Positions 58,145 through 64,000 of a stretch of 64,000 nucleotides of DNA are shown in pieces. A model generated the notes under the pieces. That model did no database searches, was not told the origin of the DNA, and saw only the letters and a list, made by a program, of their open reading frames with translations. Made by a program: the position numbers and the translations under genes. Positions within the stretch are counted from its first letter, which is position 1. Each line of letters begins with the position of its first letter. Origin of the DNA: Mobula birostris (lineage: Eukaryota); contig NC_092375.1 in NCBI RefSeq assembly GCF_030028105.1, positions 102,044,902 to 102,108,901 of the forward strand. Direction: 5' to 3'.

Positions 58145-58782
58145 TCCACCTTAGTGATGCCCTGATGCAGGTTTTAGACCGAAAACAGTGACAATTTCTC
58201 TCCCTCCACAGATGCTGCTCGGCTCACTGAGTTCCTCCAGCAGATTGTTGTTCCTGATTCCAGCATTAAGTATACAAATCTGTGTTGATGCCTCTGTGCG
58301 TGAGTGTAGATACGTGGGCTTGTGTCTGTGAGTATGTGTTGGTCTTGCCACATTAAGTTACCGGAATGCTTAGTATTCGGTGTACTTTTGCAGCTTATGT
58401 GACAGAAGGAGGGGAGTCTTCTCCAATGGGATTCCACCCTACCCAGAGTGGTCATGGACCTGTTTCCTTCATCATATGGAATCAAGCAGGGTGGTGAAGA
58501 TGATGATAAAGATCAGCAGTGAACTCACAATTAGAAACTCACACTTGCGGGGCAGCACGATCTCCACATCCCCTAGCTAATTTTGTGTATCTGTGTTGGT
58601 TGGGGAAGGGTGAGGGGTGTATTTGAGAAGTGCGCCACCTGGTGTCCTGTTGGGGTCGATAACATCGCTCAGCTGTTGTTTTAAAGCTGCAGGCCCTCAG
58701 TCCATCCCTCCTTATCACGAAAATGACAACGGCTTTCTGAGCATCTGATGACCAGAGTTCTTTATGACCATGCTTGTTGTCG

Positions 58783-58911
58783 CTAACTGCTGTCCGGACC
58801 CTCGTTCAGGAAATACGTGGACATCTCACCCTTGCCTTTGACCTTAACCAAGCCCCGGTACTCCAAGCGATAGCTTTCAGCTGACAGGACTTGGTACATA
58901 TCTGTAGTCAC
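58783..58911 (-). CDS. ADCY6: adenylyl cyclase type 5/6 (ADCY6-like or ADCY5-like), terminal coding exon of the C2 catalytic domain
   Basis: Acceptor tttttctag ending at 58912. Translation [42 protein letters not shown] matches the AC5/AC6 C-terminus (VTTD.YQVL....[24 protein letters not shown]). The ...SS* end favours ADCY6 but DMY is ADCY5-like, so the symbol is tentative. No penultimate exon was found in the window. Confidence 0.9.
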   Translation of the reverse strand: MTTDMYQVLSAESYRLEYRGLVKVKGKGEMSTYFLNEGPDSS

Positions 58912-59039
58912 CTAGAAAAAGCAACAAACCAAAGGTTATACAAGTTGTTATAGGACAGATGCACACAGTTCAAAGTAATTTTGTTATCAATCTTTATGCT
59001 CAAAAGGGAACTGAACTGAGGGAAAGACAGGGGAATGAA

Positions 59040-61170
59040 TTGTTCAAATTTAAGTTCAAGTTTATTGTCATTTCAACCGTACATATGTGTTCCGCCAAAC
59101 CAAACAATGTTCCTCTGGACCAAGGTGCACAACACAATACATACTAACTCACACATAACACATAAAGTAATATTACCACAAATATATTAACAAATAATAA
59201 GATGCATTTGTGACACAAGTTAAAATGTAAACACTATAACACTGCTGGCTTCCTTGTGTGTTGGCAGGAAGTTCAGTAGTCTCACAGCCTGGGGGAAGAA
59301 TCAGCTTCCCATCTTAACAGCTCTTTGTTCAAAATTGTTCAGAATGTTCAAAGTTCAAATTAAATCTATTATCAAATTACATATACATATATACTATAGG
59401 TTTCCAAGTGCTACCTTGAGACGCATTTTCCTGTAAGCATTTACAGGGAAAAAGAAATACAAAACTGTACACAAAGACTGACAAACAAACAATTTACAGA
59501 AGAAGGGAAACTGCAAATAAAAATAACATAGTATGAACTGTAAAGGGATCTTGAAAGCAAATCTGTAGGTTGCAGAATCAGTTCAAAGTAGGGGTGAATG
59601 GAGGTGTTCACACTGGTTCAGGAGCCTGAAAGTTGTAGTGTAATAATTGTTCATGAAACTGGTGTGGGGCCCAAAGGCTTCTGTAACTCTTACCCAATGG
59701 TAGTAGTGAGAAAGTGGGCATGGCTTAAATGGTGGGGTCCTTGATAATAATACCCTATGGCAGGCTGCTGTTTATTGACTACAGCTCTCTGTTCAACACA
59801 ATCATACCCTTAGCTCTAATCAACAGGCTCCAAAACCTGTACCTGAGCCTTTGTACCTTTCTCTGCAACTGAATCCTTGACTTCCTCACCTGGAGTCCAC
59901 AGTCTGTGCGGATGGGAAATAGCATCTCCTCTTCGCTGACAGTCAACACTGGCATACCTCAAGGGTGCGTGCTTAGCCCACAGTTCAACTCACTCTACAT
60001 CTATAACCGTGTGGCTAGGCACAACTCAAACATCATCTATAAATTTGTCTATGACATAACTATTATTGGCAGAATTTCCAATAGTGAGGAGGAAGCATAC
60101 AGGATTGAGAGAGTTTGAGTAACAGCCTTGCACTCAATGTCAGTAAGACCCAGGAATTCATTGTAGACTTCTGGAAGGGGAGGTTTAGAGAAGACAAACC
60201 AGTCGTCATTGAGGCATCAGCGGTGAGCAGTTTCAAGTTCCTGGGTGTCAACATCGCTAAAGATCTATCCTGCCCAACATACTGATACAATTACGAAGGA
60301 GGCATGACAGCAGCTACATTTCATTAGGGGTTTGACGAGAATGTGTATGTTACCCATGACACTCACAAATTTCCACACATGTACTGTGGAGAGCATTAAA
60401 ACTGGTTGCTTTACCGTCTGGCATGGAGGGACCACTGCACAATCGGAAAAAGCTGCAGAAAATTGTAAAAGCTCCATCATAGGCACTAGCCTCCTTCAAA
60501 AGATGATGCCTCACCAAGGTGGCATCCGTCATTAAGGACCCCCATCATCTCTTCTCATTGCTAACATTAAGGAGGTGGTATAGGAGCCTGAAGAAACATA
60601 CTCAACAGCTTCTTCCCTTCTGTCATCAGACTTCTGAATGGACAGTGAACCCATGAACACCACCACAGTTTGCTCCCCCTCTCTTTTTGCACTACCTATA
60701 TTCAATTTAATTTTATATATGTGTGTGTGTGTGTGTGTGCACATGCGAGAGAGAGTATACACACACACACGCATAAATCAATATATAATTGTAATATATA
60801 GGTTTATTATTATGCATTTCAATGTCCTGCAATGTTCTACAGCATATGCCACTAATATTAAGCCTGATTCTGATTCTGATTTTGATGATGGATGCTGCTT
60901 TCCTGTGACAGTGCTCCATGTAAGTATGCTCAATGGTAGGGAGGGCTTTGCCTGTGATTGACTGGGCTGTATCCACCATTTTCTATAGACATTTCTGTTT
61001 TTGGCACAGCCTAGTAGTGCTATAGAATTATAGAAAAGCACAGCCACAGAAATAAAACCAAATTCATATTAATTTACTGTATGAATCTTATTTTTGCAAT
61101 GTACTGTGCTGCTGCTGCAAACAGTTCATTTTCATGGCATGAGTATGTATGATAATAACCTTGGACTGGA
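59040..61170. mobile_element. cluster of Rex1/Babar-type fragments in both orientations (main copy + 59750-60885), in the ADCY last intron
   Basis: [12 protein letters not shown] and NFHTCTVESIKTGCFTVWHG motifs. Tails CCTGATTCTGATTCTGAT and GTTCAAATTTAAGTTCAAG. Confidence 0.75.
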
Positions 61171-61374
61171 ACCTATTGATCCATCTTGTCTATGACAACC
61201 ATGAGGCCTGTCTACACTACATTAGTCCTACATTCCTTTCTGTCTTTCCTATCAAAACCAAGCACTTTTCAAACACTAACTGTATTCATCTCTCCTCTCT
61301 TCTGGCAGCTCATCTCAGAATTTCACCACTCTCTGTGCGAGAAACTTACCCCTTAGGTTTCCTTTCGCTGCAAC

Positions 61375-62460
61375 ATTACCTCTCAGCTCTTAAACTCAAT
61401 CCCACAATTGATGAAGGCCAATGCACCGTATGCTTTCTTAACCACAGAGTCAACCTGCGCAGTACCTTTGAGTGTCCCATGGACTTGGACCCCAAGATCC
61501 CTCTGATCCTCCACACTGTCAAGAGTCTTACCATTAATACTATATTCTGCCATCATATTTGACCTCACACTTATCTGGGTTGAACTCTTTCTGCCACTTC
61601 TTAGCCCAGGTTTGCATCCTATCAATGTCCCGCTGTAACCTCTGACAGCCCTCCACACTATTCACAACACCTCCAACCTCTGTGTCATCAGCAAATTTAC
61701 TAACCCATCCCTCCACTTCCTCATCCAGGTCATTTATAAAGATCATGAAGAGTAGGGGTCCTAGAACAGATCCCTGAGGCACACCATTGGTCACTGGCCA
61801 CCATGCAGAATATGACCTGTCTACAACCACTCTTTGCCTTCCGTGGGCAAGCCAGTTCTGGATCCACAAAGCAATGTCCCCTTGGATCCTATGCCTCCTT
61901 ACTTTCTCAATAAACCTTGTATGGGGTACTTTGTCAAGTGCCTTACTGAAATCCATATACACTACATCTACTGCTCTACCTTCATCAATGTGTTTAGTCA
62001 CATCCTCAAAAAATTCAATCAGGCTCGTAAGGTATGACCTGCCTTTGACAAGGCTATGCTGACTATTCCTAATCATATTATGCCTCTCCAAATGTTCATA
62101 AATCCTGCCCCTCAGTATCTTCTCCATCACCTTACAACCACTGAAGTTCGGCTCACTGGTCTATAATTTCCTGGGCTATCTCTACTCCCTTTCTTGAATA
62201 AGGGAACAACATCCACAACCCTCCGATCCTCCAGAGCCTCTCTCGTCCCCATTGATGATGCAAAGATCATCGCCAAAGGCTCAGCAATCTCCTCCCTTGC
62301 CTCCCACAGTAGCCTCAGGTACATCTGGTCCGGTTCCGATGACTTATCCAACTTGATGCTTTCCAAAAGGTCCAGCACATCCTCTTCCTTAATATTTACA
62401 TGCTTATGCTTTTCAGTCCATACAATCATCCCTACAATCGCCAAGATCCTTTTCTATAGT
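61375..62460 (-). mobile_element. CR1 LINE RT fragment
   Basis: ORFs 62127-62444, 61540-62130 and 61383-61658 with [31 protein letters not shown] and FADD. Confidence 0.9.
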
Positions 62461-62851
62461 GAAGCAATCTTTCTAATCCTTCCTAAACCAGAACTAGACA
62501 CAGTACTCAAAATGCAGTATTGCCAATGTGTTTACAACAATCCATCCCAATTCTTATACTCAATACAAGATTGTTTAATGTTATTTCCAGTGCACGTGTA
62601 AAGGAGAATGAAATACAGTGGATTCTGGTTAACTGGGACACTTTGAGACTAGTACATTTTGACCTAATTAAGTGACTGCCCCAATTAATGGAAATAGTTA
62701 AAAGGTATAAAAAAAAGACAATCCACATTTAATCTACATATTTAAATTGAATACAGAACTAGCCAGAACACAGAACGGCCTGGAACGTTGACTGTAGGTT
62801 TTTCCATAGATGCTGCCTGGCCTGCTGAGTTCTTCCAACATTTTGTGTGTG

Positions 62852-63510
62852 CTACAGATTTGTCAGGTAAGATATCCCTTTACAGAAAACATGCTGACTT
62901 TGACTTCTTTTATCATTAGCCTCCAAGTACCCCGAAACCTCATCCTTAATAATAGACTCCAACACTTTCCCAACCACTGAGCCTATAATTTTCTTTCTTT
63001 GCCTTCCTCCCTTCTTAAAGAGTGGAGTGACATTTGCAATCTTCTGGTTCTCCGGGACCATGCCAGAATCAAGCGATTCTTGAAAGATCATGACCAATGC
63101 ATCCGTTATCTCTTCAGCAACCTCTCGCAGGATTCTGGGATATAATCCATCTGGCCCAGGGGACTTATCCACCTGAAGACCTTTCAGTTTGCCTTGCACT
63201 TTTTCCTTTGTAATAGCAATAGCACTCACTCCTGCTCCCAGACACTCTGGCACACTGCTAGTGTCTTCCACAGTGATGACAGATTATCTATTAAGTTCAT
63301 CTGCCATTTCTTTGTCTCCCATTCCTACCTCACCAGCATCATTTTCCACTGGTCCAATATTCAACTCTCACCTCCCTTTTACTCTTTATATAACTGAAAG
63401 AACTTTTGGTAACCTGCTTTATATTATTGGCTTGTCTGCGTCCATATTAAATCTTTTCCCTTCTTATAGCTTTTTTAGTTGTCTTTTGTTGGATTTTAAA
63501 AGCTTCCCAA
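62852..63510 (-). mobile_element. CR1 LINE fragment, abutting a Penelope pLTR remnant (62775-62852)
   Basis: DKSPGPDGLYPRIL and ANVTPLFKKGGR motifs. Confidence 0.85.
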
Positions 63511-64000
63511 GTGTTAGTGTGTTGGTGCTGCAAGCATGGTGACCCAGTACATCTTTGTCGTTGGTCATTGACAGAAAACAACACATCTCACTGCATGTTT
63601 CGAATTTTCTTTGTATATATAACAAATAAGGCTAATCTTTAAACTTTACTAAGTTCCATGCTTTTTCAACTGCTGGCCATAAATTTTCCTTCCAACCTTG
63701 GAAGCTACAGAGGCGGGTACAATTACATTGTTCAAAAGACAGCTGAACAGGTACACAGACAGGAAAATTTTCGAGCAAAATGGGCCAAATGCTAGGTCTT
63801 GGTCAGATGATATGGGCCGAAGGCCCGGTTACCTATCTCCAATTCATGGTTGACTATTTGGCAATAAGTACCCAGTACTTTACATTGCTGGCATTGGAAA
63901 ACTAGTACTTCTGCTTTAAAGTCTTCAAATTGACTGTGACTACTTTTCTCTTGAGTGACGAGGCAGAGATACATTTGCAAGAAAAAGTCTCTGAACCCTT

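Noticed and set aside
60715-60772. (TG)n/(AG)n/(AC)n compound microsatellite
   Set aside because: Ordinary simple repeat in a LINE 3' UTR.

Overview
Repeat-dense vertebrate genomic DNA, very probably a cartilaginous fish (ray or shark). This is inferred from the mix of CR1/HER1-type LINEs, HE1/V-SINE-like SINEs, Rex1/Babar LINEs and Penelope elements. Two host-gene exons missed by the ORF track face each other tail-to-tail: a galectin CRD C-terminal exon on + (3078-3197) and the terminal coding exon of an ADCY5/6-type adenylyl cyclase on - (58783-58911). The dominant structure is a ~25.7-kb, strand-asymmetric, G-rich, CpG-rich complex minisatellite (about 14175-39885). It sits inside one LTR-like element (TGTCA...TGACA, 14013-40973, 5-bp TSD TTTTA), which is itself inserted in a Tc1-type MITE that shares a TA with a palindromic mariner MITE. 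The array has 7/26/33-bp basic units and patchwork higher-order duplications, and its many long ORFs are compositional artefacts. Penelope pseudo-LTRs carry minimal hammerhead-ribozyme motifs, two with intact cores. One lies in sense orientation downstream of the ADCY stop codon. The rest is nested LINE/SINE/DNA-transposon debris. Repeat family names come from motif recognition, not database searches, and many TE boundaries are approximate.
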